Counted from the stretch's first letter, positions 8,408-21,085 are shown. The stretch: DNA of 40,390 bases from Bacteroidota bacterium (GCA_041177985.1 JBEDAD010000286.1:1-40390), one strand, 5' to 3'. The notes: generated by a model not told the origin, from the letters alone. Translations and numbers: made by a program.

Positions 8408-8495
8408 CATCGGAAAGTGTTTCACTCAGTTATGGGTGAAATTTTGTATATTTCAAAAGTTTGTTTTTTTTATTAACTAAGTAACAAGTAAAGCA

Positions 8496-9683
8496 ATGGC
8501 TAAGGAAAATTTTGATCGTTCCAAACCACACGTGAACATCGGGACCATAGGTCACGTAGATCACGGTAAAACTACATTAACTGCTGCAATCTCTAGCGTA
8601 TTAGCTAGCAGAGGATTAGCTGCAGTGCGTGATTTCTCTTCAATTGATAATGCACCTGAAGAAAAAGAACGTGGTATCACTATTAATACATCTCACATTG
8701 AGTATGAAACGCTTGCTCGTCATTACGCTCACGTTGACTGTCCAGGTCACGCGGATTACGTAAAGAACATGGTAACGGGTGCTGCTCAAATGGATGGAGC
8801 AATTCTTGTGGTTGCTGCAACAGATGGACCAATGCCTCAAACACGTGAGCATATCTTGTTAGGAAAACAAGTTGGTGTTCCACGTTTAGTTGTATTCATG
8901 AACAAAGTGGATATGGTTGATGATGAGGAATTACTTGAATTAGTTGAGATGGAAGTACGTGAATTACTTTCTTTCTATAGCTATGATGGTGACAATGCTC
9001 CAGTTATTAAAGGTTCTGCATTAGGTGCTTTGAATGGTGAAGAAAAATGGGTTGCTGCTATTGATGAGTTAATGGATGCTGTTGATACATATATCGAATT
9101 ACCTCCTCGTGAAGTTGATAAGCCTTTCTTAATGCCGGTTGAAGATGTATTCACGATTACAGGTCGTGGTACAGTTGCAACAGGTCGTATTGAAACTGGT
9201 GTAATTAACTCTGGTGAAGGTGTTGATATCCTTGGAATGGGAGATGTTAAATTGACATCTGTTGTTACAGGAGTTGAGATGTTCCGTAAAATCCTTGATA
9301 GAGGTGAAGCAGGAGATAACGTTGGTCTATTATTACGTGGTATTGAGAAATCTCAAATCAAACGTGGTATGGTTATTTGTAAGCCAGGATCTGTTAAGCC
9401 TCACACTGATTTCAAAGCGGAAATCTATGTTTTGAAAAAAGAAGAAGGTGGTCGTCACACACCATTCCATAACAAATACCGTCCACAGTTTTACTTCCGT
9501 ACAACGGATGTTACTGGAGAGATTTTCTTGACAGATGGTCGTGAAATGGTTATGCCTGGTGATAACGTATCCATCAATGTTAAGTTGATTGTTCCTGTAG
9601 CTATGGACAAAGGTCTTCGTTTTGCTATCCGTGAAGGTGGTAGAACTGTTGGAGCTGGTCAGGTTACAGATATCATCTCTTAA
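8496..9683 (+). CDS. tuf: translation elongation factor Tu
   Basis: 395 aa with [18 protein letters not shown] and NKVD GTPase motifs and full-length EF-Tu character. Confidence 0.98.
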   Translation: MAKENFDRSKPHVNIGTIGHVDHGKTTLTAAISSVLASRGLAAVRDFSSIDNAPEEKERGITINTSHIEYETLARHYAHVDCPGHADYVKNMVTGAAQMDGAILVVAATDGPMPQTREHILLGKQVGVPRLVVFMNKVDMVDDEELLELVEMEVRELLSFYSYDGDNAPVIKGSALGALNGEEKWVAAIDELMDAVDTYIELPPREVDKPFLMPVEDVFTITGRGTVATGRIETGVINSGEGVDILGMGDVKLTSVVTGVEMFRKILDRGEAGDNVGLLLRGIEKSQIKRGMVICKPGSVKPHTDFKAEIYVLKKEEGGRHTPFHNKYRPQFYFRTTDVTGEIFLTDGREMVMPGDNVSINVKLIVPVAMDKGLRFAIREGGRTVGAGQVTDIIS

Positions 9684-9704
9684 TTACAATAAAATTAGTA
9701 AGTT

Positions 9705-9729
9705 AAAAGGGGAGTTCGCTCCCCTTTTT
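9705..9729 (+). terminator. rho-independent terminator-like hairpin after tuf
   Basis: GGGGAG-TTCG-CTCCCC (9709-9724), flanked by AAAA upstream and TTTTT (9725-9729) downstream. It ends 2 nt before tRNA-Trp. Confidence 0.6.
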
Positions 9730-9731
9730 AT

Positions 9732-9804
9732 ACGGGTGTAGCTCAGCTGGTAGAGTAGTGGTCTCCAAAACCATTGGTCGTGGGTTCGATCCCTACCGCC
9801 CGTG
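9732..9804 (+). tRNA. tRNA-Trp (anticodon CCA)
   Basis: Acceptor ACGGGTG/CGCCCGT, anticodon stem-loop GTGGT-CTCCAAA-ACCAT, T-arm GTGGG-TTCGATC-CCTAC and discriminator G. Length 73 nt. Confidence 0.9.
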
Positions 9805-9819
9805 CAAAATTGATAGAAA

Positions 9820-10041
9820 GTGTCAAAATTTAAAAATTATTTCAGCGAAACAGTTACCGAAATGGTACACAATGTATCGTGGCCAACTTGGAAAGAGTTA
9901 CAAAGTAATACCATAATTGTGGTTGTTGCTTCTGTTATTATCTCTTTGTTTATTTTTGTGATGGATTTCGGATTCGGTATAACCGGAGATTTGAAATCTT
10001 CATGGAAAGGTGCAATGGGCTTCATTTATGGAATGTTTTAA
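9820..10041 (+). CDS. secE: preprotein translocase subunit SecE
   Basis: 73 aa from a GTG start. It has the VSWPTWKEL motif followed by a single TM helix (IIVVVASVIISLFIFVMDF) and the conserved position before nusG. Confidence 0.85.
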   Translation: MSKFKNYFSETVTEMVHNVSWPTWKELQSNTIIVVVASVIISLFIFVMDFGFGITGDLKSSWKGAMGFIYGMF

Positions 10042-10049
10042 TTTGTGCT

Positions 10050-10601
10050 ATGGGAGAGATTAAGAAGCGTTGGTACGTTGTTAGAGCAGTTAGTGGAAAA
10101 GAAAAAAAGGTTAAAGAATATTTAGACCTTGAAATTTCGCGTCTTAAATTAGGCGATTTCGTTGATCAAGTTTTAATTCCAACCGAAAAAGTGTTTCAAA
10201 TTAGAAATGGTAAAAAAGTAAGTAAAGAACGTTCTTACTTACCTGGATATGTTCTAATAGAAGCTGCATTAGTAGGAGAGGTGCCTCACGTAATTAAGAG
10301 TATTCCAAATGTTATTGGTTTCCTTGGTACTGAAAAAGGTGGCGAGCCAGTTCCTATGCGTTTGTCAGAAGTGAATAGAATACTTGGGAAGGTGGATGAG
10401 CTATCTGAAACTGAAGAAGAAATGAAAATACCTTTTGTTATTGGAGAGTCTGTTAAAGTTATAGATGGTCCTTTTAACAATTTCAGTGGTGTTGTTGACG
10501 AAATAAACGAAGACAAAAAGAAACTGAAAGTTATGGTAAAAATATTTGGAAGAAAGAACTTACTTGAGCTTAGTTATTTGCAAGTAGAAAAAGATATTTA
10601 A
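10050..10601 (+). CDS. nusG: transcription termination/antitermination factor NusG
   Basis: NGN domain start (KKRWYVVRAVSGKEKKV) and C-terminal KOW (GESVKVIDGPFNNFSGVV). ATG 10050 is preferred because the tracked start 10002 overlaps secE by 40 nt and adds a non-conserved extension. Confidence 0.9.
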   Translation: MGEIKKRWYVVRAVSGKEKKVKEYLDLEISRLKLGDFVDQVLIPTEKVFQIRNGKKVSKERSYLPGYVLIEAALVGEVPHVIKSIPNVIGFLGTEKGGEPVPMRLSEVNRILGKVDELSETEEEMKIPFVIGESVKVIDGPFNNFSGVVDEINEDKKKLKVMVKIFGRKNLLELSYLQVEKDI

Positions 10602-10681
10602 TTTTTTATTAACCGTAGAAGTGAGGAAAGCGATTAAAGCTTCCCGTAAGTACTCATGTTTGACTACATAATTCAAATACA

Positions 10682-11128
10682 ATGGCTAAAGAAGTAGCAG
10701 CGTTGATCAAATTACAGATCAAAGGTGGTGCAGCCAATCCAGCGCCTCCAGTTGGTCCCGCACTCGGTGCAAAAGGGGTCAACATTATGGAATTTTGCAA
10801 GCAGTTTAATGCTCGTACGCAAGATCGTCCTGGAAAGGTTGTCCCAGTAGTTATTACCGTTTATGGTGATAAATCTTTTGATTTTGTTTTAAAAACTCCA
10901 CCAGCGGCAGTTCAAATTATCGAATTCACCAAAATCAAAAAAGGATCCTCAGAACCGAACAAAATGAAAGTTGGTTCAATTTCTTGGGATCACATTCGTG
11001 AAATCGCGTTGGATAAATTGCCCGATTTAAATTGTTTCTCAGTTGATGCAGCTATGACTATGGTTGCTGGAACAGCGAGAAGTATGGGAGTAACAGTTAA
11101 AGGTGGTGAAGCACCTAAAACCAAATAA
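10682..11128 (+). CDS. rplK: 50S ribosomal protein L11
   Basis: MAKEV...[35 protein letters not shown] is the canonical uL11 N-terminus. Confidence 0.97.
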   Translation: MAKEVAALIKLQIKGGAANPAPPVGPALGAKGVNIMEFCKQFNARTQDRPGKVVPVVITVYGDKSFDFVLKTPPAAVQIIEFTKIKKGSSEPNKMKVGSISWDHIREIALDKLPDLNCFSVDAAMTMVAGTARSMGVTVKGGEAPKTK

Positions 11129-11139
11129 TCGTTAGTGTT

Positions 11140-11835
11140 ATGGGAAGAGTATCTAAAAAAAGAAAAGAGATTTTAGCTAAATACGATTTAGCAAAGTCTT
11201 ACTCGTTAACAGAAGCATGCGATTTGGTTAAGAATGTTTCCACAACTAAATTCGATGCCTCTGTTGATATATGTGTTCGTTTGGGTGTAGACCCTCGAAA
11301 AGCTAATCAAATGGTGAGAGGAACTGTAGCTTTGCCTCACGGAACTGGTAAGGATGTAAGAGTACTTGTACTTTGTACTCCAGACAAAGAAGCTGAAGCA
11401 AAAGCATCAGGTGCTGATCATGTTGGATTAGATGATTATATTGAAAAAATCAAAGGCGGATGGACGGATATCGATGTGATTATTACAATGCCGTCTGTAA
11501 TGGGTAAAGTTGGAGCTTTAGGAAGAATATTAGGACCTAGAGGTTTGATGCCAAATCCTAAAACAGGCACTGTAACGATGGAAGTCGGTAAAGCTGTTGA
11601 AGAAGTTAAAGCTGGTAAGATTGATTTCAAAGTAGACAAATATGGTATTATTCATTCTTCCGTTGGAAAAGTTAGCTTTGAAGGTGGAAAGATTCGTGAA
11701 AATGCTTTCGAATTGATTCAAACACTTATCAAATTAAAACCTTCTGCAGCGAAAGGAACTTACATCAAAAGTATTTACATGAGCTCAACTATGAGTCCAG
11801 GTATTATGATTGATGCCAAATCTGTTGTTGCTTAA
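11140..11835 (+). CDS. rplA: 50S ribosomal protein L1
   Basis: 231 aa with uL1 motifs ([32 protein letters not shown]). Confidence 0.97.
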   Translation: MGRVSKKRKEILAKYDLAKSYSLTEACDLVKNVSTTKFDASVDICVRLGVDPRKANQMVRGTVALPHGTGKDVRVLVLCTPDKEAEAKASGADHVGLDDYIEKIKGGWTDIDVIITMPSVMGKVGALGRILGPRGLMPNPKTGTVTMEVGKAVEEVKAGKIDFKVDKYGIIHSSVGKVSFEGGKIRENAFELIQTLIKLKPSAAKGTYIKSIYMSSTMSPGIMIDAKSVVA

Positions 11836-11846
11836 AACTTACAAAA

Positions 11847-12368
11847 ATGACAAGAGAAGAAAAAGCAAAGTATATAGATGAATTAGCAGCAGAACTAACT
11901 GATGCAAATATCTTCTATTTAGCAGACACAGCGGACTTGACAGTAGAAGTTGTTAACAGTCTTCGTAGAAGATGTTTTCAATCTGACATCCGAATGCGCG
12001 TTGTTAAAAACAGTTTGCTTGAGAAAGCAATGGACCGCGTAGAAGGAAGGAATTATGGAGATTTGAAAAGTACTCTTGCGGGAGCAACTTCAATAATGTT
12101 CAGTGAAGTTGGTAATTTACCAGCGAAATTAATTCAAGAGTTCCGTAAAAAGAACGCAAAACCAATTTTAAAAGGTGCTTATATTGAAGAAGCAATTTTT
12201 ATTGGTGACGAGCAGTTAGATGCACTTGTTGCAATTAAATCTCGTGAAGAATTAATCGGAGATATCATTGGATTACTTCAAAGTCCTGCTAAGAACGTTG
12301 TTTCTGGACTTATGGGTTCTGGCCAAAAAATTGCTGGAATTCTTAAAACGCTCGAACAAAGAGCATAG
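11847..12368 (+). CDS. rplJ: 50S ribosomal protein L10
   Basis: 173 aa at the position between rplA and rplL, with uL10-like sequence (LRRRCFQSDIRMRVVKNSL). Confidence 0.93.
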   Translation: MTREEKAKYIDELAAELTDANIFYLADTADLTVEVVNSLRRRCFQSDIRMRVVKNSLLEKAMDRVEGRNYGDLKSTLAGATSIMFSEVGNLPAKLIQEFRKKNAKPILKGAYIEEAIFIGDEQLDALVAIKSREELIGDIIGLLQSPAKNVVSGLMGSGQKIAGILKTLEQRA

Positions 12369-12410
12369 ATTAATAATTATTGTTGAACCTTTTTTTTAAA
12401 TAAAATAAAA

Positions 12411-12785
12411 ATGGCTGATTTAAAGCAAATTGCGGAAACGCTAGTAAACCTAACGGTTAAAGAAGTAAATGAGTTAGCAACTATCCTTAAGGATGAGTAC
12501 GGTATCGAACCTGCTGCTGCTGCTCCTGTAATGATGGCTGCTGCAGGCGGTGGTGCTGAAGCTGCTGCTGAAAAAACAGAATTCGATGTAATATTGAAAG
12601 CTGGTGGTCCTAACAAACTTGCAGTTGTTAAACTTGTAAAAGAATTAACTGGTAACGGTTTGAAAGAGTCTAAAGATTTAGTTGATAATGCTCCTTCTGC
12701 ATTGAAAGAAGGTGTATCTAAAGACGAAGCCGAAGGACTTAAGAAGTCTCTTGAAGAGGCTGGAGCTGAAGTTGAGGTTAAGTAA
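12411..12785 (+). CDS. rplL: 50S ribosomal protein L7/L12
   Basis: 124 aa with an Ala-rich hinge ([22 protein letters not shown]) and a C-terminal domain ([24 protein letters not shown]). Confidence 0.97.
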   Translation: MADLKQIAETLVNLTVKEVNELATILKDEYGIEPAAAAPVMMAAAGGGAEAAAEKTEFDVILKAGGPNKLAVVKLVKELTGNGLKESKDLVDNAPSALKEGVSKDEAEGLKKSLEEAGAEVEVK

Positions 12786-12800
12786 TATTCTACTTCATTT

Positions 12801-12846
12801 ACAGGTAAGGCACTGCTTTTTAGCATGTGCCTTATCCTGTTTTATT
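12801..12846 (+). terminator. rplL-rpoB intergenic hairpin (attenuator / partial terminator)
   Basis: Long imperfect hairpin ACAGGTAAGGCAC...GTGCCTTATCCTGT (12801-12840) with an inner perfect 8-bp stem (TAAGGCAC/GTGCCTTA), followed by TTTATT. Confidence 0.55.
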
Positions 12847-12893
12847 GCGTTTGACGCAAATTTTTAAAGTCCATTTTCATAAACAAAAACGGT

Positions 12894-15800
12894 TTGGCCT
12901 TGGCAACATCAAACAATATTTCGACAAGAATTAATTTTGCTTCTAGCAAAAATCAGTTTGACTATCCAGATTTTTTGGATATTCAACTAAAGTCCTTCCA
13001 AGAGTTTTTCCAGTTGGAGACAACACCGGAAAACAGAGAGAGCGAAGGATTGTATAGAGTTTTCGCTGAAAACTTTCCCATAACAGATACGAGAAATCAG
13101 TTTGTTTTGGAATTTTTGGATTACTTTATCGACCCACCAAGATATTCTATTGAAGAATGTATTGAGCGTGGTTTGACGTATAGTGTTCCATTGAAAGCAA
13201 AACTGAAATTGTATTGTACAGATCCAGAACATGAAGATTTTGAAACAATCGTTCAAGATGTTTACTTGGGTACAATACCTTACATGACCCCAAAAGGTTC
13301 ATTTGTAGTGAACGGAGCAGAGAGAGTTATTGTTTCTCAACTTCACAGATCTCCAGGTGTTTTCTTTGGGCAAAGTAGACATGCTAACGGAACAAAATTA
13401 TATTCTGCACGTGTTATTCCGTTCAAGGGTTCTTGGATTGAATTTGCTACAGATATTAATAGTGTAATGTATGCATACATAGATCGAAAGAAAAAATTAC
13501 CTGTAACAACTCTTTTCCGAGCAATTGGTTACGAAAGTGATAAGGATATTTTAGAGATATTTGGTCTTGCTGATGAAGTGAAAGCTACAAAAGCAAACCT
13601 TAAAAAAATTGTCGGCAGAAAATTAGCGGCTCGTGTTCTTAAATCATGGGTGGAAGATTTCGTTGATGAAGACACCGGAGAGGTTGTATCTATTGAAAGA
13701 AATGAAGTTCTTTTGGATAGAGAAACAATCTTGGAAGACGAGCATGTAGACTTAATTGCTGATTCAGGCGTGAAGAATGTCATCTTGCATAAAGAGGATG
13801 TTAATAGCGCTGATTTTACAATTATATACAACACCTTGCAAAAGGATACATCTAATTCTGAAAAAGAAGCGGTTGAACACATTTACCGACAATTACGTAA
13901 TGCTGAACCACCTGATTATGAGACAGCAAAAAATGTTTTTGAAAAATTATTTTTCTCTGACACGCGTTATGATTTAGGTGAAGTTGGTCGTTTTAGATTG
14001 AATAAAAAATTAAAAATAGACGATTCAGAAACATCAAGAGTACTTACGAAAAATGATATTATATCCATAATAAAATATCTAATTGAGTTAATCAATTCGA
14101 AAGCAGATGTGGATGATATTGATCACTTGTCAAATAGACGTGTAAGAACTGTTGGTGAACAATTATATTCTCAATTTGGAGTTGGACTTGCGCGTATGGC
14201 AAGAACTATTCGTGAACGTATGAATGTACGTGACAATGAGGTCTTTACACCAATTGACTTGATTAATGCAAAAACATTATCTTCTGTAATAAATTCCTTC
14301 TTCGGAACGAATCAGTTGTCACAGTTTATGGATCAAACCAATCCACTTTCTGAGGTAACACACAAAAGACGTTTATCTGCACTAGGACCTGGTGGACTTT
14401 CCCGTGAAAGAGCAGGTTTCGAAGTACGAGATGTTCACTACACACATTATGGTCGACTTTGTACGATTGAAACACCTGAAGGACCAAATATTGGTTTGAT
14501 TTCTTCTCTTTGTGTTTTTGCGAAAGTGAACAAGCTTGGTTTCATAGAAACACCTTACAGAAAAGTTGAAAGTGGTAAAGTTATTTATAACGTAGAACCA
14601 GTTTATTTGACTGCTGAAGAGGAAGACGAAAAAATGATAGCACAAGCAAATGCTATTGTGGATGATAAAGGATTGTTCTTAACGGAGTTTGTAAAGGCTC
14701 GTTACGAAGGAGATTTCCCAGTAGTTCAGCCTAATAGTTTGCATTTAATGGATGTTGGTGCAAATCAAATTGCTTCGATTGCAGCATCGTCAATTCCATT
14801 TTTGGAACACGATGATGCCAACCGTGCATTGATGGGATCTAACATGCAACGTCAAGCTGTTCCTTTATTGAAACCAAATTCTCCAATTGTTGGAACTGGA
14901 ATCGAGCGTTTAGTAGCGCGTGATTCTCGTGTTTTAATTAATGCGGAAGGTCCTGGTATTGTAGAGTATGTGGATGCAAATGAAATTGTAATTCGCTACG
15001 ATTGGACAAAAGAAGATAAATTAGTTAGTTTCGATAGTGAAGTGATTCATTATCCGTTAACGAAGTTCATGAAAACGAATCAAAGTACATGTATTAACTT
15101 GAAACCAATTGTTAAAAAAGGGGACAGAGTTGATAAAGGACAAGTACTATGTGAAGGATACGCAACACAACAAGGAGAATTGGCGCTTGGTCAAAACTTG
15201 AAAGTAGCATTCATGCCTTGGAAAGGTTACAATTTCGAGGATGCAATTGTTATTTCTGAACGAGTTGTGCGCGATGATGTATTTACATCTATTCACATTG
15301 ATGAATATACACTGGATGTTCGCGACACGAAACGTGGAATGGAAGAATTAACTTCAGATATTCCAAATGTTTCAGAAGAAGCGACAAAAGATTTGGATGA
15401 AAACGGATTGATTCGTATTGGAGCTGAAATAAAAGAAGGAGATATTCTAATAGGAAAAATTACTCCAAAAGGAGAAACAGATCCTTCTCCAGAAGAAAAA
15501 TTATTGCGTGCAATTTTTGGTGATAAGGCTGGCGATGTAAAAGACGCTTCCTTAAAAGCAGGTCCTTCACTTAGAGGTGTTGTTATCAATAAAAAATTGT
15601 TCTCAAGAGCGATTAAAGATAGAAAATCAAAAGCACAAGATAAGCCTATCTTGGAGAGCTTGGATTCTGATTTTGAAAAAGATTTTGCATCCTTGAAAGA
15701 AAGATTAGTTGAAAAGTTAATCGATATTTTAGGTGAACAAAAATCTGCTGGTGTATTCAATAATTTTAAAGAGGAGATAATCAAAAAAGCTACTAAGTTT

Positions 15801-16712
15801 AATCAGAAAAACTTGTTTGCAATTGATTATTCAATCGTAAATCCAACGAATTGGACGAGTGATGCTCAAATGAATATATTAGTAGGAAGAGTGATTCATA
15901 ACTTTAACATTAAGGCAAATGACTTACTTGGAACTTTCAAACGTAGAAAATTCCACATCTCTGTAGGTGACGAACTTCCAGCCGGAATTGTTAAAATGGC
16001 AAAAGTTTACGTTGCTAAAAAACGTAAGTTGAAAGTCGGTGATAAAATGGCTGGACGTCATGGTAACAAAGGAATTGTAGCGAACATTGTTCGTATGGAA
16101 GACATGCCATTCCTAGAAGACGGAACTCCTGTAGATATTGTTTTGAATCCATTGGGTGTACCATCTCGTATGAACTTGGGTCAGATTTACGAAACAGTGT
16201 TAGGTTGGGCTGGAGAAAAGTTAGGAATCAAATTTGCTACGCCGATTTTTGATGGAGCACATCCGGAAGAAATTGATCAGTGGACGGAAAAAGCAGGTGT
16301 TCCAAGATCTGGAAAAACCTATCTATATGACGGAGGAACCGGAGAAAGATTCCATCAAACTGCAACAGTTGGGGTAATTTACATGTTGAAATTATCACAC
16401 ATGGTAGACGACAAAATGCACGCTCGTTCGATCGGTCCATACTCATTAATTACACAACAACCTCTTGGTGGTAAAGCACAATTTGGAGGTCAGCGTTTTG
16501 GTGAAATGGAAGTTTGGGCATTGGAAGCATTCGGTGCTGCAAATATATTACAAGAGATCTTGACTGTTAAATCGGATGATGTTATGGGTCGTGCAAAAGC
16601 GTATGAAGCAATCGTTAAGGGAGATAATATTCCAGAACCAGGAATTCCTGAATCGTTCAACGTATTGTTGCATGAGTTAAGAGGTTTATGTCTTAACATT
16701 TCATTGGATTAA
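12894..16712 (+). CDS. rpoB: DNA-directed RNA polymerase subunit beta
   Basis: 1272 aa with full-length RpoB character (e.g. [38 protein letters not shown]). The start must be TTG (12894 or 12900), because there is no ATG or GTG in-frame after the upstream stop at 12852-12854. Confidence 0.97.
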   Translation: MALATSNNISTRINFASSKNQFDYPDFLDIQLKSFQEFFQLETTPENRESEGLYRVFAENFPITDTRNQFVLEFLDYFIDPPRYSIEECIERGLTYSVPLKAKLKLYCTDPEHEDFETIVQDVYLGTIPYMTPKGSFVVNGAERVIVSQLHRSPGVFFGQSRHANGTKLYSARVIPFKGSWIEFATDINSVMYAYIDRKKKLPVTTLFRAIGYESDKDILEIFGLADEVKATKANLKKIVGRKLAARVLKSWVEDFVDEDTGEVVSIERNEVLLDRETILEDEHVDLIADSGVKNVILHKEDVNSADFTIIYNTLQKDTSNSEKEAVEHIYRQLRNAEPPDYETAKNVFEKLFFSDTRYDLGEVGRFRLNKKLKIDDSETSRVLTKNDIISIIKYLIELINSKADVDDIDHLSNRRVRTVGEQLYSQFGVGLARMARTIRERMNVRDNEVFTPIDLINAKTLSSVINSFFGTNQLSQFMDQTNPLSEVTHKRRLSALGPGGLSRERAGFEVRDVHYTHYGRLCTIETPEGPNIGLISSLCVFAKVNKLGFIETPYRKVESGKVIYNVEPVYLTAEEEDEKMIAQANAIVDDKGLFLTEFVKARYEGDFPVVQPNSLHLMDVGANQIASIAASSIPFLEHDDANRALMGSNMQRQAVPLLKPNSPIVGTGIERLVARDSRVLINAEGPGIVEYVDANEIVIRYDWTKEDKLVSFDSEVIHYPLTKFMKTNQSTCINLKPIVKKGDRVDKGQVLCEGYATQQGELALGQNLKVAFMPWKGYNFEDAIVISERVVRDDVFTSIHIDEYTLDVRDTKRGMEELTSDIPNVSEEATKDLDENGLIRIGAEIKEGDILIGKITPKGETDPSPEEKLLRAIFGDKAGDVKDASLKAGPSLRGVVINKKLFSRAIKDRKSKAQDKPILESLDSDFEKDFASLKERLVEKLIDILGEQKSAGVFNNFKEEIIKKATKFNQKNLFAIDYSIVNPTNWTSDAQMNILVGRVIHNFNIKANDLLGTFKRRKFHISVGDELPAGIVKMAKVYVAKKRKLKVGDKMAGRHGNKGIVANIVRMEDMPFLEDGTPVDIVLNPLGVPSRMNLGQIYETVLGWAGEKLGIKFATPIFDGAHPEEIDQWTEKAGVPRSGKTYLYDGGTGERFHQTATVGVIYMLKLSHMVDDKMHARSIGPYSLITQQPLGGKAQFGGQRFGEMEVWALEAFGAANILQEILTVKSDDVMGRAKAYEAIVKGDNIPEPGIPESFNVLLHELRGLCLNISLD

Positions 16713-16747
16713 TTGTCAAGTTGTTGAACTAAGAAAAGAAGCATAAA

Positions 16748-19700
16748 ATGGCTTACAGAAAAGAAACACCAAAAAAACAAAGTAGCTTCAATAAAATTAC
16801 AATCTCTTTGGCTTCGCCAGAGGTGATTCTTGAGCAATCAAGCGGAGAAGTACTTAAGCCAGAGACGATTAATTATCGTACATATAAGCCGGAAAGAGAT
16901 GGTTTGTTCTGTGAACGAATCTTTGGACCGGTGAAAGATTATGAATGCCACTGTGGAAAATACAAAAGAATCCGATACAAAGGAATCGTTTGTGACCGTT
17001 GTGGTGTTGAGGTAACAGAGAAAAAAGTGCGTCGTGAGCGTATGGGACACATTTCATTGGTTGTTCCTGTTGCACACATATGGTACTTCCGATCGTTACC
17101 AAATAAAATTGGTTACTTGTTAGGTTTGCCTACAAAAAAATTGGATCAAATCATTTATTATGAAAGATATGTGGTAATCCAACCAGGTGTAGCGACGAAT
17201 TTAGATGGTAGTTCATTGAAACGATTGGATTTCGTTACGGAAGAAGAGTATTTAGATATTTTAGATACGCTTCCTAAAGAAAACCAATACTTAGAGGATG
17301 CTGACCCTAATAAATTCCTTGCTAAAATGGGTGCGGAAGCTTTGTACGATTTATTGAAAACAATGAATCTTGAGCAAACTTCATACGATTTACGTCACCA
17401 AGCAAATAACGAAACATCCGTACAACGTAAAAATGAAGCGTTGAAGCGTCTGCAAGTTGTTGAAGCAATGCGTGACTCTCAAGCAAGAATTGATAATCGC
17501 CCAGAATGGATGATTGTGAAGGTTGTTCCGGTTATTCCACCAGAATTGCGTCCTCTTGTTCCATTGGATGGTGGTCGTTTTGCAACTTCTGATTTAAATG
17601 ATTTATACCGTCGTGTAATCATTAGAAATAACCGTTTGAAGCGATTGATTGAAATCAAAGCTCCAGAGGTTATCTTGCGTAACGAGAAAAGAATGTTGCA
17701 AGAATCAGTAGATTCTTTATTTGATAATTCAAGAAAATCAAGTGCTGTTAAAACGGAATCTAATCGTCCTTTAAAATCTCTTTCGGATTCGTTGAAAGGT
17801 AAACAAGGTCGTTTCCGTCAAAACTTGCTTGGTAAACGTGTGGATTATTCAGCACGTTCGGTGATTGTTGTAGGACCGGATTTGAAATTACACGAATGTG
17901 GTCTTCCTAAAGATATGGCTGCTGAGCTTTACAAACCGTTTATTATCCGTAAGATGATTGAGCGTGGTATTGTGAAAACAGTTAAATCAGCAAAGAAAAT
18001 AGTAGATAGAAAAGAGCCTGTTGTTTGGGATATTTTAGAAAGTATATTGAAAGGACACCCGGTTCTATTAAATCGTGCTCCAACTTTGCACCGATTGGGT
18101 ATTCAAGCATTCCAACCAAAATTAATTGAAGGAAAGGCAATTCGTTTGCATCCTTTGGTTACAACGGCATTCAACGCCGATTTTGATGGGGATCAAATGG
18201 CCGTGCATTTACCGTTAGGTAATGCTGCGATTTTGGAAGCTCAATTGTTGATGCTTGCTTCACACAATATTTTGAACCCTGCAAATGGAGCTCCGATTGC
18301 AGTACCATCTCAGGATATGGTGCTCGGTTTGTACTACATTACAAAAGGAAAAGTAGGAACAAAAGAAGCTGTTGTGAAAGGTGAAAATGCAGTATACTAT
18401 TCTCCGGAAGAAGTAATTATTGCTTACAACGAAAGACAATTGGATCTGCATGCCCACATCAAGGTTAAGACCTATGATTTGAATGAGCAAGGTGTTCCAA
18501 CGCTTCAAATATTAGAAACAACTTGTGGTCGTGTTCTTTTCAACGAACGTGTGCCAAGAGAAGTTGGGTATATCAACGATGTATTGACGAAAAAAGCACT
18601 TCGTGATATTATTGGTGAAGTTTTGAAAGTTTCCGGTACTTCTCGTACGGCTCAATTCCTTGATGATATCAAAGAATTAGGTTATGATATGGCCTTTAAA
18701 GGTGGTCTCTCTTTCAACTTAGATGATATTATTATTCCTAAGGAAAAAGTAGAATTGGTTGCTAAAGCAGAAAAAGAAGTGAAAGATGTGATGATGAACT
18801 ATAATATGGGTCTCATTACAAATAATGAAAGATATAACCAGATTATTGATATCTGGACACATACAAACTCCCGATTGACGCACACTTTAATGGAGCAGTT
18901 GAAAACGGATATGCAAGGTTTTAACTCCATCTATATGATGTACGATTCTGGTGCGCGTGGTTCAAAAGAACAAATTCGCCAGTTATCCGGTATGCGTGGA
19001 TTGATGGCTAAACCACAAAAATCAGGTGCTTCTGCGCAAGAAATTATTGAAAATCCAATTCTTTCTAACTTTAAAGAAGGATTGTCAATTTTGGAATACT
19101 TTATTTCTACGCACGGTGCACGTAAAGGTCTAGCGGATACTGCCTTGAAAACAGCAGATGCTGGTTACTTGACGCGTCGTTTGGTGGATGTTGCACAAGA
19201 TGTTGTTATTAATGCAGACGATTGTGGTACATTAAGAGGGATTGTTGCAACTTCATTGAAGAAAAGTGACGAGATTGTTGAGCCATTATACGATCGTATA
19301 TTAGGAAGAACATCTGTTCATGATGTATACTATCCTGAATCAGAAGACTTAATTGTTGAAGCAGGTGAGTTGATTTCGGATGATGTTGCTAGAACCATAG
19401 AAAAAGTTGGAATTGAGGAAGTTGAAATCCGTTCTGTTCTAACGTGTGAAATGAGAAGAGGTGTATGTTCAAAATGTTATGGACGAAACCTTGCAACTCA
19501 CCGTCCAGCGCAACATGGCGATGCCGTTGGTGTTGTTGCTGCTCAATCTATTGGTGAACCAGGAACACAGTTGACACTTCGTACTTTCCACGTTGGGGGT
19601 ACAGCTTCTAATATTGCAGATGTTTCCGACTTGAAAGCCAAAGCAAATGGAAGACTAGAAATCGATGAATTACGTACAATAGACAAGAAAAATGCGGACG

Positions 19701-21034
19701 GTTCAAATCGTGCAGTTGTTGTTGGGCGTTCTGCTGAGATTAAAATAACGGATGAGAAAACAGGAATTGTCGTAATGACTGCAAATATTCCTTACGGTTC
19801 TGAAATGGTTATTGAAAACAATATCAAAGTTAAGAAAGGCGATATCATCTGTAAATGGGATCCATACAATGCGGTGATTATTTCAGAAGTTTCTGGTAAG
19901 GTTGTTTTTGATAGTATTATAGAAGGTATTACTTTCCGTGAAGAAGTCGATGAGCAAACAGGATTTACGGAAAAAGTAATTACTGAATCTAGAGACAAGA
20001 AGAAAAATCCAGCGATTCATATTATTGATGCCAAAACTAAAGAAGTTTTAAGAGAGTATTCATTGCCAGTTGATGCGCATATCTCTGTTGGAGAAGGCGA
20101 TAAAATCGAGGCAGGTGAAATCTTAGTTAAGATTCCTAGAGTTTCTGGTAGAACAGGAGATATTACAGGAGGTTTACCACGTGTTACGGAATTGTTCGAA
20201 GCACGAAATCCTTCTAATCCTGCAGTTGTTTCTGAAATTGACGGTATTGCAGAATATGGTAAAATTAAAAGAGGAAATAGGGAGATACAAATAACATCTA
20301 AAAATGGGGATGTACGTAAATACCTAGTGCCACTTTCTAAACATATTCTAGTACAGGAAAATGATTTCGTGCGAGCTGGTCAGCCTTTGTCTGATGGAGC
20401 AACAACACCAAATGATATCCTTAATATCGAAGGACCGACAAAAGTGCAAGAATATATCGTTAATGAAATCCAAGAGGTTTACCGTTTACAAGGGGTAAAA
20501 ATCAACGATAAGCATTTCGAAGTAATCGTTCGTCAAATGATGTTGAAAGCGGAAATTATTGATGCTGGAGATACACGATTCTTGGAAGGTCAATCTGTTC
20601 ATAAAGCAGATATAATGGAAGAAAACGACGCAATCTACGGAATGAAAGTTGTTGTGGATGCAGGCGAGTCTTCTTCATTAAAAGCTGGACAAATTGTTTC
20701 TGCTCGAAGATTAAGAGATGAAAATTCACAATTGAAGCGTTCTGATAAAAATCTTGTAGATGCAAGAGATGCCGTTCCTGCAACGTCAACTCCATTGCTA
20801 CAAGGTATTACACGTGCTTCCCTGCAAACGCAATCGTTTATTTCTGCAGCTTCCTTCCAGGAAACTACGAAAGTATTAAATGAAGCGGCGATTTCAGGTA
20901 AAGAAGATCACTTAATGGGATTGAAAGAAAACGTTATCGTTGGACATTTAATTCCTGCAGGTACAGGTGTAAGAGATTTTCAAAATATTATTGTTGCTTC
21001 CAAAGAAGCATTAGAGGCAATAACTGAGAAATAA
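16748..21034 (+). CDS. rpoC: DNA-directed RNA polymerase subunit beta'
   Basis: 1428 aa with the zinc-binding motif [20 protein letters not shown], the catalytic [12 protein letters not shown] motif and the bridge/trigger regions. Confidence 0.98.
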   Translation: MAYRKETPKKQSSFNKITISLASPEVILEQSSGEVLKPETINYRTYKPERDGLFCERIFGPVKDYECHCGKYKRIRYKGIVCDRCGVEVTEKKVRRERMGHISLVVPVAHIWYFRSLPNKIGYLLGLPTKKLDQIIYYERYVVIQPGVATNLDGSSLKRLDFVTEEEYLDILDTLPKENQYLEDADPNKFLAKMGAEALYDLLKTMNLEQTSYDLRHQANNETSVQRKNEALKRLQVVEAMRDSQARIDNRPEWMIVKVVPVIPPELRPLVPLDGGRFATSDLNDLYRRVIIRNNRLKRLIEIKAPEVILRNEKRMLQESVDSLFDNSRKSSAVKTESNRPLKSLSDSLKGKQGRFRQNLLGKRVDYSARSVIVVGPDLKLHECGLPKDMAAELYKPFIIRKMIERGIVKTVKSAKKIVDRKEPVVWDILESILKGHPVLLNRAPTLHRLGIQAFQPKLIEGKAIRLHPLVTTAFNADFDGDQMAVHLPLGNAAILEAQLLMLASHNILNPANGAPIAVPSQDMVLGLYYITKGKVGTKEAVVKGENAVYYSPEEVIIAYNERQLDLHAHIKVKTYDLNEQGVPTLQILETTCGRVLFNERVPREVGYINDVLTKKALRDIIGEVLKVSGTSRTAQFLDDIKELGYDMAFKGGLSFNLDDIIIPKEKVELVAKAEKEVKDVMMNYNMGLITNNERYNQIIDIWTHTNSRLTHTLMEQLKTDMQGFNSIYMMYDSGARGSKEQIRQLSGMRGLMAKPQKSGASAQEIIENPILSNFKEGLSILEYFISTHGARKGLADTALKTADAGYLTRRLVDVAQDVVINADDCGTLRGIVATSLKKSDEIVEPLYDRILGRTSVHDVYYPESEDLIVEAGELISDDVARTIEKVGIEEVEIRSVLTCEMRRGVCSKCYGRNLATHRPAQHGDAVGVVAAQSIGEPGTQLTLRTFHVGGTASNIADVSDLKAKANGRLEIDELRTIDKKNADGSNRAVVVGRSAEIKITDEKTGIVVMTANIPYGSEMVIENNIKVKKGDIICKWDPYNAVIISEVSGKVVFDSIIEGITFREEVDEQTGFTEKVITESRDKKKNPAIHIIDAKTKEVLREYSLPVDAHISVGEGDKIEAGEILVKIPRVSGRTGDITGGLPRVTELFEARNPSNPAVVSEIDGIAEYGKIKRGNREIQITSKNGDVRKYLVPLSKHILVQENDFVRAGQPLSDGATTPNDILNIEGPTKVQEYIVNEIQEVYRLQGVKINDKHFEVIVRQMMLKAEIIDAGDTRFLEGQSVHKADIMEENDAIYGMKVVVDAGESSSLKAGQIVSARRLRDENSQLKRSDKNLVDARDAVPATSTPLLQGITRASLQTQSFISAASFQETTKVLNEAAISGKEDHLMGLKENVIVGHLIPAGTGVRDFQNIIVASKEALEAITEK

Positions 21035-21051
21035 TTAGCATACTAAAATTG

Positions 21052-21085
21052 AAGGAGCGACAGAAATGTTGCTCCTTTTTTTTTC
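21052..21085 (+). terminator. rho-independent terminator after rpoC
   Basis: Stem AAGGAGCGACA / TGTTGCTCCTT (one G-U pair) with a GAAA loop, followed by a T-run of about 9 nt. Confidence 0.7.

Noticed and set aside
8076-8439. ORFs 8076-8402 (-) of 108 aa and 8161-8439 (+) of 92 aa
   Set aside because: Both lie entirely across the four-tRNA cluster. Their open frames are a by-product of GC-rich tRNA sequence, and they have no independent coding signal.
10002-10049. Longer NusG start (ATG 10002) overlapping secE by 40 nt
   Set aside because: The extension (MERCNGLHLWNVLICA) is unlike NusG N-termini. ATG 10050 gives the canonical KKRWYVV... NGN start 8 nt after the secE stop.
12377-12826. 149-aa antisense ORF covering all of rplL
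   Set aside because: It is the mirror frame of the Ala/Glu/Lys-rich L7/L12 gene (GCT/GAA repeats read as Ser/Ala/Phe on the other strand). rplL is unambiguous, so the antisense frame is an artefact.
13529-15784. Antisense ORFs inside rpoB (13529-13882, 14382-14645 and 15293-15784, all minus strand)
   Set aside because: They are low-complexity Ser/Phe/Ile-rich translations opposite a highly conserved essential gene. This is typical of AT-rich genomes, and nothing supports expression.
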